Below, one piece after another: positions 26,579 to 37,855 of a stretch of 64,000 nt of DNA; within the stretch, counting starts at the first letter, position 1; the number at the start of each line of letters is the position of its first letter. Source of the stretch: Eledone cirrhosa (Eukaryota); the NCBI GenBank assembly GCA_964016885.1, contig OZ024743.1, forward strand, positions 218,240,001-218,304,000, given 5' to 3'. A program made the translations under genes and the position numbers. A model generated the notes under the pieces. That model was not told the DNA's origin. It did not search any database and was given only the letters and a program-made list of their open reading frames with translations.

Positions 26579-26588
<10 letters not shown>
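24031..26588 (+). mobile_element. Penelope-like element (Neptune-like), 5'-truncated, with an inverted copy of its 3' region
   Basis: Inverted arms 24031-24902 and 25711-26588 enclose a GIY-YIG ORF; the right end runs into (TA)n. Confidence 0.85.
24896..25399 (+). CDS. PLE GIY-YIG endonuclease domain (5'-truncated, no RT)
   Basis: KKCDRPNCGIC linker; NLIYVLTCSGCREQYIGQT...LRQRMTVH...EH...E..FI...P.LN; no internal stops. Confidence 0.85.
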   Translation, partial: VKYIIKSKRQSKSMKNILTHAKVLPTTTTKPTVKKCDRPNCGICINLIEGSEFYFKDGQRFIVKHNFTCASENLIYVLTCSGCREQYIGQTKNSLRQRMTVHRSQIKIREYRKIPLSEHIDTCAAQNHPNFRIFPLYKFKDNATHTQRISKESYFINKYGPRLNTSP

Positions 26589-26647
<59 letters not shown>

Positions 26648-27090
26648 GTGTATAAGTAATTTATCGATATTGTGTTACCATAAAGGCAACACATGTCGAA
26701 TTATTTGAGGTAATATACTCGATGATTGAAAAAATTGGATTCGTTGTATCACAGTGGGTTCTTACACCATTGAAGAGAAAGTCTGGGAAATAACCCTTTA
26801 GACAGTGTGTATGATTTTTATAGTATACAACAACAGTAACAAATATTAAGGGGAAAAGATATGTACCTGGCCTGCAGTTGTTTCTGATGCATACGAGTGC
26901 ATACAACATTAATTACATAATTTCGGACACGAGCAACTTTAGCAAGCATTTGCCCAATTTCATATATCGCTTGCCACCATAGTAGATCACCGGCTTTTCT
27001 GTGTCATTTGACCTTAAAGCTGAATTTCGTATAGCATTTTTTAAGTGGGATTCCACGGTCAGAATAAACAATGACATATTTACTCAGACG

Positions 27091-27320
27091 TTAATTAGGC
27101 TTTCTAGTTTTCTTAAATAAATCAAACCAGGAGAGAAATATTCTAAGTAATATATTGAGCCTCAATTAAGCTCTCGAACTAGTTTTCTTCGAGTGCATAG
27201 GGAATTATCACAAATAATTCAATTTATGTTGCCTTTGTGCTAACACAAAATCGATAAATTTCAATATATTTCTCCCCTGGTTTGCTTTATTTAAGAAAGC
27301 TAGTGGGAGAGTTTAATTAA
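27091..27320. mobile_element. MITE-like inverted-repeat element
   Basis: ~50-bp imperfect arms ctagttttcttaaataaatcaaaccaggagagaaatat / atatttctcccctggtttgctttatttaagaaagctag with TTAATTA at the outer ends. Confidence 0.55.
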
Positions 27321-27520
27321 GGTTCGATATATTGCTTAAGTTTTTATATATATGTATGTATATATATGCATTTTATTAAGGCAAAATATTGAGTCTTGTT
27401 ACTTTGGAGTTTCACCTGCTTATCACATGGTTATCAGAGTCCCTGTTTAGCATTAATAAAATGAATATTTAAAATCTACTTCGGTATTGAGTACCACTTT
27501 TCTCTCGTCAACTACATTTG

Positions 27521-27572
<52 letters not shown>

Positions 27573-27831
27573 ATCACGTAAACAAATCTAAAACAAGTCG
27601 ATATTATCCACGAACCCACGGAAATGCAATCCACAATCTTACAATCAACCCTACCCACAGAGCCATACAACATCACATCAGCAAAAGATTAAATTTAGAT
27701 ACGTCATTCAAAAGTCTCATTCAGCCCTCTATGCTTCTCCGTGTCAGCGCTTAGGTCGAAACCACTTAGCAACTGGTACCTTATTTTTTTTTATCTCCCG
27801 TAATTTAACTATTAGATGAAATAATAAGGAG

Positions 27832-27962
27832 AGATCGATAAAATAAGTACCAGGCTGTAAAAAGAAATAATGGTGTCGATATGATTAACTAAGTCCTTTA
27901 AACGCCGTGCACCGGTATGGCAGCAGTCCAATGACTGAAACCAGTACAAGAATAAAAGATTA
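27832..27962 (+). mobile_element. SINE 3' half
   Basis: tcgataaaataagtaccagg...atggcagcagtccaatgactgaaaccagtacaagaataaaaga; shares the core of the other SINE copies. Confidence 0.55.
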
Positions 27963-28634
27963 AAAGCATATATATATATATAAAAGTTTACATATATATA
28001 TACATACACATACATATACGTGTTTTGCAACTGGTCACTTTTTGGCTCAATGAAAAATTAATAAATTAAACAATCAGAGCTATATATCATAAAACATGTC
28101 TATAGAATCACAAGATAAAATATATACTATTTCCTCTCCCAATTAGCATAATTAACTATATAAAAAATCGAATAGACCATGCTATACGAATGAGGCTTCT
28201 ATGAAGGAATCTCCAACAAATAACCAAAACTAGCGCTTCGCGTCGGCTGTAGTGGAATATTTATCGAATATTTCGACAGCGTAATCGCCTAGATACAGTC
28301 AACTAAGCAGAATTAGGTTTAAAATAAACTAGGAGAAAATAGAATACATTTAAAACCTCTACCATGGTTTTGTCCGTGTTTTGAGTTTTCCAATAATTAT
28401 GTAATAATTATATAAACTCGAGCGCCGGATTCTTCAGGAAGCTCGCTCATATCTAGACATTAAATTTTCCAAAACGATCGCGCCAAGAATTCATTTCAAA
28501 ATGGCTAAAAATCGTGACGTAGTCGCGGTCAAGTTGGAAGGGGTGTGGTAGTTGCTTACGACTGGTGGCATTTTTGCTAGAAAGCACAGCACAATACAGC
28601 CAAATTTGTATCTCAACCTAGTGGGAGATTATTA

Positions 28635-28714
28635 CATATAAAAGTTTACATATATATATACATACACATACATTTTATGATATATATATATATATATATA
28701 TATATATCATATAT

Positions 28715-28764
<50 letters not shown>

Positions 28765-29300
28765 TTTATACATAGATATATATCATATATCTATATATAT
28801 GTATATATATGTATATCATATCTATATGTATTTATATATATATATTTATACATATATAAATGATATATATATATACATATATATATCATATATATATATT
28901 TATACATACATATATATTTATACATATATAAATGATATATATATATCATATATATATATATTTATACATACATATATATATTTATACATATATAAATGAT
29001 ATATATACATATATATATCATATATATATATATATATATATTTATACATACATACATATATATATATATACATATATATATCATATATATATATTTATAC
29101 ATACATATATATATATATTTGTACATACATATATATATATCATATCTTTATATACATATATATATATTTATATATACATATATATCATATCTATATATAC
29201 ATATATATATATATTTATTTATACATACATATATATTTATATATCATATATATATACACACACACACATATATATATATACATATATATATATTTATATA
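28635..29300. repeat. Degenerate (TA)n microsatellite
   Basis: Directly visible. Confidence 0.95.
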
Positions 29301-29449
29301 TGAACGCACCGACACAGCACACACATATTATTGGTTTATATATTAGAATAAAAACAGGAATTCTGAATAGATGTTCCTCTTCAATGAACATAGGAGTTTG
29401 GAAATGTGTCAATATATGTAGTAAATGGTGATTCCCAGTACTGACCAGA

Positions 29450-29975
29450 CTGAGGTCGAATTTGCCTTTCATCCCACCGGGGTCATTTCAAAAGATTAAA
29501 TACTATAAACATCCTTCAGTCACCCGATCTTCCACCATCCCCCCCCTCCGCCACCCATTAACCCCCCCCCCCCCATAAACATCCTCCAACCAACCTTCTC
29601 CACCATCACCCATTAACCCCCCCTCACCCCAACATCCTCCAACCCACCTTCTCCACCATCACCCATTAATCCCCCCTCCCCCAACATCCTCCAACCCACC
29701 TTCTCCACCATCACCCATTAATCCCCCCTCCCCCAACATCCTCCAACCCACCTCCTCTACCATCACCCATTAACCCCCCCCCCCCCTCCCCCAACATCCT
29801 CCAACCCACCTCCTCTACCATCACCTATTAACCCCCCCACCCCCATTCTCCAACCCACCCCTCCACCACCTATTAACCCCTCCCCCCTCCCCCCAACATC
29901 CTCCAACCCACCTCCTCCACCACCACCCATTAACCCCCGCCAGAATATTGGCTTTGTGCCTAGTACAGAACAAGT
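29450..29975 (+). mobile_element. SINE interrupted by an internal C-rich ~50-55-bp minisatellite (29505-29940)
   Basis: SINE core gaggtcgaatttgcctttcatcc before the array and SINE tail ttggctttgtgcctagtacagaac after it; unit aacatcctccaacccacc...cccattaaccccc. Confidence 0.65.
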
Positions 29976-30042
29976 CAAGTAATAATATTAGATATTCCTC
30001 ATTAGTAGTGGTAGTAGTAGTAGTAATATAGTAGTAGTTGTT

Positions 30043-30076
<34 letters not shown>

Positions 30077-30104
30077 CAGTAGCAGCAGCAGCAACTGCAG
30101 CAGC

Positions 30105-30135
<31 letters not shown>

Positions 30136-30359
30136 TTATTGGTGGTAGTAGTAGTAGTAGTAGTTTGAGGTGGTTGTAGTGGTAGTAGTGGTGATTTCGA
30201 TGCTTATGTTGAAGATAGTGCTGGTCGTTGTGTTGTTGGTGATGGTAATGTTTGATGATGATGATGATGGTGGTGGTGGTGTTGAAGGGGTTTATAGTGT
30301 AGAAGGAGTAGTGGTGATGATGTTAGTTGTGGTGTCGATGGGGTGGTTGTGTTGGTGGA

Positions 30360-31020
30360 GGTGGGTGTGGTGTCGGCTGAATGGTGGTGGTGAAGGTAGT
30401 GGTAGGTGTGGTGTCGGTTGAATGGTGAAAGTGGTGGTGAAGGTGGTGGAAGGTGTGGTGTCGGTTGAATGGTGGTGGTGAAGGTGGTGGAAGGTGTGGT
30501 GTCGGTTGAATGGTGGTGGTGAAAGTGGTGGTGAAGGTGGTGGAAGGTGTGGTGTCGGTTGAATGGTGGTGGTGAAAGTGGTGGTGAAGGTGGTGGAAGG
30601 TGTGGTGTCGGTTGAATGGTGGTGGTGAAAGTGGTGGTGAAGGTGGTGGAAGGTGTGGTGTCGGTTGAATGGTGGTGGTGAAAGTGGTGGTGAAGGTGGT
30701 GGAAGGTGTGGTGTCGGTTGAATGGTGGTGGTGAAAGTGGTGGTGAAGGTGGTGGTAGGTGTGGTGAAGGTGGTGGTAGGTGTGGTGTCGGTTGAATGGT
30801 GGTGGTGAAAGTGGTGGTGAAGGTGGTGGTAGGTGTGGTGTCGGTTGAATGGTGGTGGTGAAAGTGGTGGTGAAGGTGGTGGTAGGTGTGGTGTCGGTTG
30901 AATGGTGGTGGTGAAAGTGGTGGTGAAGGTAGTGGTAGGTGTGGTGAAGGTGGTGGTAGGTGTGGTAAAGGTGGTGGTAGGTGTGGTGTCGGTTGAATGG
31001 TGGTGGTGAAAGTGGTGGTG
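30360..31020. repeat. 53-bp GGT-rich minisatellite
   Basis: tcggttgaatggtggtggtgaaag recurs at 30555, 30608, 30661 and 30714. Confidence 0.9.
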
Positions 31021-31652
31021 GCGTTGGTGGCAGCAGTAGAGGTTTGAAATGTAGTGGGGAGGAGGAGGAGAAAGAGAATAGTTGTGCTATTGCTATTGGT
31101 GTTGCTATTGCTACTGGTGCAGTTCTGCTGCTGCTGTTGTTGTTGTTGCTGTTGTTGTTTGTGTTACCAGTATTCCTGACGCCATTTTGCGGTTACTTTT
31201 TCTAATGGGTTCACCAACAGTGGAGGCAAATGAATGGAAGCAACAATAAAAGTCGATTGGTTGTGGGGAGACATTATCGAACATTTCTTCGTGCTGTCAC
31301 GGAAATATGGCGGTCATAAAACAATATGGCGTAAAATAGTGCTTCAGACAGTTGAAACATGTGTGCCTAAATATGTACGTGCTTCTTCCATTCGAACACA
31401 TAGAAGCAACTAGTGGAAACCCACATACACACGCATACACATATACAAAGATTACACACTTATACTCATATATACACTTTACACATATACAGCGTTCGTT
31501 TAAACATTTATTTACGCTGCTACCTATATGTAGACATATACCTTTCATACCACACAATGCGTAGGTGTGTAGCATATACATACATACATACATACATACA
31601 TACATACATACATACATACATACATACATACATACATACATACATACATACA

Positions 31653-31684
<32 letters not shown>

Positions 31685-31706
31685 CATACATACATATATA
31701 TTTATA

Positions 31707-32815
31707 CAAAGCCTTTGACAGGGTTGATCATAAGATTCTATTGAAAGAACTATCCAACATTGGTGTCTCTCGAAAGTTACTACAGTGTATCATGTGTTTC
31801 CTGACAGACAGACAGCCCAACATGTTTTAGTCGAAGGAGTAAAATCAAGCCCAGTCAAAGTCAGCAGTAGCGTCCCGCAAGGCAGTGTGTTGGGCCCACT
31901 TCTTTTCATCATTTACATTAATGATATTACTGACATCATCAAGCACAGCAACATAAGAATCTTTGCAGATGATTCCAAGTTCCAGAAGGTCATCAATGAG
32001 GTGGGTGACCGGACTTGCCTTCAGTCAGACCTACTGGCTGTTATCCATTGGGCAGAAAAGAACAATATGCTGCTGAACGAGGATAAATTTGAGTTAATCC
32101 ATTTGGAAAAGAGGATGCCCTAAAAGTCCCATACTCCCTTCCTTCAGGTGAAACTATCGTGGCATCCAACAACATCAGGGACTTGGGAGTAATTGTGGAC
32201 AACAACATAAGCTGGGCCCCTCATATAAACAGCAAAGTTGACATGACCCGCAGAATTTGTTCCTGGATTCTCAGAACCTTCCACTCGAGATATCCTTGTT
32301 ATCCTTCTCTTCTCCACTTTTTCCCGACCCTACCTTGAATTCTGTTGTCCACTGTCGTCTCCCCACACGAAGCAAAGTATCATGAAAGTTGAAGCACCCC
32401 AAAGATCAATTACAAAAAAATAGATGTCATGACAGGCCTTGACTATTGGAGTCGATTAGAAAAGCTCAACCTTTATTCTCTCCAACGTCGCCGTGAGCGC
32501 TACATCATCTGCATGGTGTGGAAAATATTCCATCAGCATTGCCCAAATGATGTTGGCATCACTTTTAAGGTACACCCAAGGCTTGGGATCCGTGCTATCC
32601 GCCCATGACAAATATCACATTCGCATCTCATAACAACAATACGGCACAATTATTTCACCTCAATTGGTCCCGCTCTCTTTAACATTACACCAAGACACAT
32701 TAAAACGAAAACAGACCCCATAAAGTTCAAGAGGTCTTTGTACAAATTCATTCAAGAAATCCGGGATAAGCCTCCTACACCCGGATATGTCTCCACAAAC
32801 AATAACTCTCTACTG
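31707..32815 (+). mobile_element. Degenerate CR1/L2-type LINE RT fragment, same family as 49093-52790
   Basis: KAFDRVDH, SVPQGSVLGPLLF, FADD, YSLQRRRERY; frameshifts and a stop; flanked by (TACA)/(TA) repeats. Confidence 0.9.
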
Positions 32816-33012
32816 TATATACATACATCATACATACAGGTGTATGCGCCTAAAAGTACACTAAATAATGGAATCAATAATGATTGAATCACAATAACAT
32901 TTATTATGAATGGTGACTATTTACTTCGAACTCACACCGACACCGGCTTCTCTCAGCTATTTTCAGAAGCCTGTATCGATGAAATTTCGAAGTTAGCACA
33001 CACCATATATAC

Positions 33013-33068
<56 letters not shown>

Positions 33069-33089
33069 TTCGTTTTTGAATTTGTATAA

Positions 33090-33212
33090 TAATTGTTTCT
33101 ACTTTTGGCACTAGGCCAGCAATTATCCCAGTGTATTACTGGTACTTTATTTTATCGACTCCGTAAGGATGAAAGGCAAAGTTAACCTCGGCGGGATTTG
33201 AACTCAGTCCGT
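33090..33212 (-). mobile_element. tRNA-derived SINE, same family, 5'-truncated
   Basis: Reverse complement of the SINE core and B-box. Confidence 0.8.
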
Positions 33213-33261
33213 AAAATAATATATATATATTATATACATACATACATACATATATACATAC

Positions 33262-33636
<375 letters not shown>

Positions 33637-33760
33637 AGAAGGTGAGTAATATTGTAGAACAATAAAACTATGCATATATCAGATAAGTAGCACTCAACAG
33701 TGGTAGAACTGGAGTATATATTAAAGAAGAAATTAAAAGATGGTTAAAAAAAGTTCCATA

Positions 33761-33830
33761 TATTTTATTATGCGCATTTCGAAAACAACATCATCCTGGG
33801 ACAAAAATTGTGTTCTCATCAGATAAAATA
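33761..33830 (-). ncRNA. Type I hammerhead ribozyme
   Basis: TATTTTAT-CTGATGA-GAACACAA...TTGTTTTC-GAAA-TGCGCA-TA-ATAAAATA; 8-bp stem I; 7/8-bp stem II; palindromic stem III. Confidence 0.8.
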
Positions 33831-33889
33831 AGGTAACATGATATGAGGCCTAAAAACACTTGTCAACAAGAAAGTGATATATATATATA

Positions 33890-34062
33890 GTAGAGACTCA
33901 GAGTCCGACGGCTGAGCTCTTGCTGTTTCGAAAGCAAATTCCAAACGGCAAGAGCTCAGCCGTCGGGTTCTGAATCTCTGCGATATTTACAATCTACTCT
34001 CCCAAGCATCAAGTACTCTGCTGAATTATGGTCACCCTAGTTTAAACTGGTATACTCCTGAT
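33890..34062 (+). mobile_element. Foldback element, diverged relative of family A
   Basis: Arms agagactcagagtccgacggctgagctcttgc / ggcaagagctcagccgtcgggttctgaatctct; flanked by (TA)n. Confidence 0.6.
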
Positions 34063-34115
34063 CTCTCTCTCTATATATATATATATGTATATATATATAT
34101 GTATATATATATATG

Positions 34116-34184
<69 letters not shown>

Positions 34185-35406
34185 ATATATATATATATAT
34201 TAGTTTTGCAAGATTTATCTGAAGAGGTGAATTGAAACAAATATTGTTACACTCTGGCCATAAAAACACACGAACCTGTTGCATTTCACTTCAATTTATT
34301 ATAAACTCCCAGTCATTTAGTTAAATATCCGGATGGTTATTTAGTTGTTGTTGATTGGCAAAACTCTTTCGTTACACATTCTGTGATCTCTTTAGGGACA
34401 AATTTTGTAGTTGTTTAGTGTTTCTCCTTCGTTCTGTCCAACACATTTTGTTTTTGTGAGCTGTGACATCTATATTTATTTGGTGGTATTCAAAATATCG
34501 TTAAATCGGAAGTCATGTTTAGTTATGTTTGTTTCACTAAAATGCGTCTGAAAATAAGAGAAATAAGCCTACACCGAGTGCCGAAGGGATATTGTGGAAA
34601 ATACTTTAAAAGAAATACTAATTAGAGTCACGAACAAATTTTGAGAAACCTATATTAAATAGGTGATAAATGAACACAAATCACAAGTATATATTCTTCA
34701 TTTGTGTTTATTTGTTACTTTGAATACCATAGCTCTTGGGTCATTTTCATGTAGAAGTATTCATTAGTGAAATTGAAATGTGTGAATTAATGTAGATTTC
34801 TTGAAAAGTACTATCGAAGTCTATGCCAACATCTAGCATATTGTTTTAAAAGTAAAGAAATGCTCTGGGGGAAGTTATAAATTTATCAAATCAAAAACAG
34901 TAAACAAACTAGTAAACAAACAGTCAAGTAAAGAATATAAACACACGCGAATACGCACATATACACACACAAACATACATACATACATGCATACATACAC
35001 ACATACACAAGCATACATACACACATGCATACATACATACATGCATACATACATACATACAAACATACACATGCATATATACATACATACATACATATAC
35101 ACATACATACATATATACATATTTGTATGGCGTAAATGTATGATAGCTGTCCACTCGTGTCCGAGGAAGCCAATCAATGACTGTTAAAGGTATCATGATT
35201 TTGAGAGCTGCTCTTTAACCCTATAAAACATGGGCGTTTTAGGGGCTCCATAAAGTGGAGGTGGCTCTCATAGTTCCCTTACTTTATTCCTGCACCACTC
35301 ATGGTACGATAATGAACCTTGGCACAAAGTTAGATCATTGATAGCCGAACATTTCTGCTGCAAGATTTCTGCTGCAAGATTTTCTTAACGGTGCTCAGTA
35401 ATGCGT

Positions 35407-35670
35407 GGAGGCGCGTAACCTAATGGTAAGGGTGTTGGACTTACGATCATAACGTCGTGGGTTCGATTCTTGGACAGGGTTGAGTGTTGTGTTCTTATGC
35501 AAAGCACTTCATATAACGTTGCTCCATCCAATATACGCAACGGAAAATGAATACCAGTAATAGCTGGGAGTTTAACCCTGCGATGGACTGGCGTCCTGTC
35601 CAGCGGTGGAGCGGGGGGGGGGGAGTATTGTACTCTCAGTCGCTTAACGCCATGGAAACCGGGATAAGAA
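35407..35670 (+). mobile_element. tRNA-derived SINE, second family
   Basis: tRNA-like head with GGTTCGATTC B-box; body tgttgtgttctt..aaagcactt; aaccctgcgatggactggcgtcctgtccag. Confidence 0.7.
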
Positions 35671-36269
35671 CCGTATTGCAGTAAAAGAAAATAACAAATC
35701 TGGAATTCAAATTTAAAATGCAGACTAAGTTCACCAAAATGTTTTGTAGCGCTTAGTCCAGGCGGAGATCAACGCCTGTGGCTCTTTTCGGGGCCGCTAT
35801 GATTACTGGGGGATTGGTGTAAGCTATTCTGTTGCCGAAGATTTGGGTTTGGTGCTTAAAACAGAGTAAACTCTGCTAATGATATCGAAGAGCCGGTTCG
35901 TAGTATTAAACCGTTCAACGAATTATATCTCCCAACCTAGTAAGCCATGGCAAGATTTGGACTCAGAATGTAAAAGGATGGAACAGCTACCACGCTCTAA
36001 CGAATCCACTAATAAACTTCCATAGATAGGTATTTTTTATTTATCGATCTCAGAAAAGTGAAAGACTGGATTTGAACACAGAACACAAGGAGTAAAAATT
36101 AATAGTATGAGGCATTTCGCCCAATGTTACAACATTTCAACTAAAGAATCTATAAATAGAGAGATTGATACGAATATGTGTGTGCATGTATATGTTTATC
36201 TGTATGTGTCTTTATCTGTTCTTTTTATTATCTATCTATATAGTACTTAAACTCTGTGATTGTGGGCTT

Positions 36270-36422
36270 TCTGTAATGTAATACAGCCAAAACGGCGGAT
36301 AATGGGAAAATACTTTGAAAGGAAGTTGACCCTGAAATAGGAATACAAATGGAATAAAGCAAGTTTCGCGTAAATAGAAGCACTGGTTCCCGAGATACGG
36401 TTTTTTTTCGTGTACCCTCATA
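36270..36422. mobile_element. Possible mariner-type terminal fragment
   Basis: Ends ...cgtgtaccctcaTA, resembling the reverse complement of TACGAGGG mariner TIRs; no partner TIR seen. Confidence 0.3.
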
Positions 36423-37235
36423 AATAGAGAGAGAAAAAGATAGAGAGAATGAGATAGTGTTTGTGAGAGAGTAGATTGAAAGAACACATAGAGAGAGAGA
36501 AAGAAAATGGAAGAGAGAGAGCTGGTGGCGTTGTTGAATGAAATTATAACAAGTGACTTCAAAGATCGAATACACCATTACTGTATCTAGCTAAAATTTG
36601 GTGACTGAATATTAAGTCATATTTATCATATAACTTGTGTTAGGACAGGATATGTGTAGCGAATATTTCCTGCTAAATAAGAAGGGTTTATAAGTTTGTG
36701 TGTATGTGGGTGTGTGTGACCAGTATATATAGGTCACACACACGCATACATATATATATATACATGTATATATATATACACAGACACACATATATATATG
36801 TGTGTGTGGGGGTGTATGTGTGTGTGTATGTGTGTGCCTTCCAATTTCATTTTACATTATATATACATGTCAGTGCGTATTTTAATTATTTAAAAATTAT
36901 TTTTAAGTGAACGCAACCGAATGGGTCACGGGTGGCCTAGTATTTTTTTTATTTCTCTTCAGCAGGGAGAAAGCCCGATTCTAACCCAGGAACAATGCGT
37001 TTTCGTTGGAACTAAAACTTTGACTAGGTAAATATATGTCTGTTTGTGTATATGTATTTGTGCAGGTGTGGATCTCATTGCATGTGTGATAAGCTTTGAA
37101 TTTATATATGTGCACATACACATATTTTTTCATATCTATACGTGTATATATGCAGGTATTACATATTTAACATCTGAAATGTTTTTTTATATATTTTTAC
37201 ACACCCATTAATGGATTATATTTATAATATCCTAA

Positions 37236-37482
37236 TTATCCGTACTTTTTTTCTGGTTTTGTGAAGCCCATCTTATCAACAATTGTACTGAAACAGTTAC
37301 TAACATACCCAAGTGCTTCAGTGATCCCAGATATAAAGCTAAAGCTACAGCCAGAGTTTTGTATCTGCATGCTCCTCGTTAGTTCAACATAAACGTTCTC
37401 CCTTTCACTAATCTTTAACATTATATTAACATATACTGTGCAGCTTATTTCCACGACTATGTATTTCTTCTTTTTTTCTGTC
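37236..37482 (-). mobile_element. R4/Dong/NeSL-like LINE fragment (restriction-like endonuclease C-terminus)
   Basis: KKYIVVEISCTVYVNIMLKISERENVYVELTRSMQI...FSFISGITEALGYV fits the E-x-S-C..K..E..Y..L...GALG pattern of REL domains; degenerate. Confidence 0.5.
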
Positions 37483-37855
37483 CTATATCATTATCTCAGT
37501 CTGAATGTGTGCATGTATGTAGATAGGTAGGTAGGTAGGTAGGTAGGTAGGTATGTAGGTAGGTAGGTAGGTAGGTAGGTAGGTAGGTAGGTAGGGAGGT
37601 AGGTAGGTAGGTAGGTAGGCAGGTAGGTAGGTAGGTAGGTAGGTAGGTATGTAGGTAAGTATGTAGATAGGTAGGTAGGTAGGTAGGTAGGTAGGTAGGT
37701 AGGTAGGTAGGTAGGTAGATAGGTAGGTAGGTAGGTATGTAGGTAGGTATGTAGATAGGTAGGTAGGTAGGTAGGTAGGTAGGTAGGTAGGTAGGTAGGT
37801 AGGTAGGTATGTAGGTAGGTAGATAGGTAGGTAGGTAGGTAGGTAGGTAGATATA

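Noticed and set aside
27385-27445. Minus-strand CTGATAA...GAAAC hammerhead-like string
   Set aside because: The core deviates and stem I does not pair
36910-36941. Helitron-like 3' end (…cacgggtggcCTAGt)
   Set aside because: The hairpin is weak and no 5' end or second copy is identifiable
37518-37850. Interstitial telomere
   Set aside because: The unit is TAGG, not TTAGGG or TTAGG
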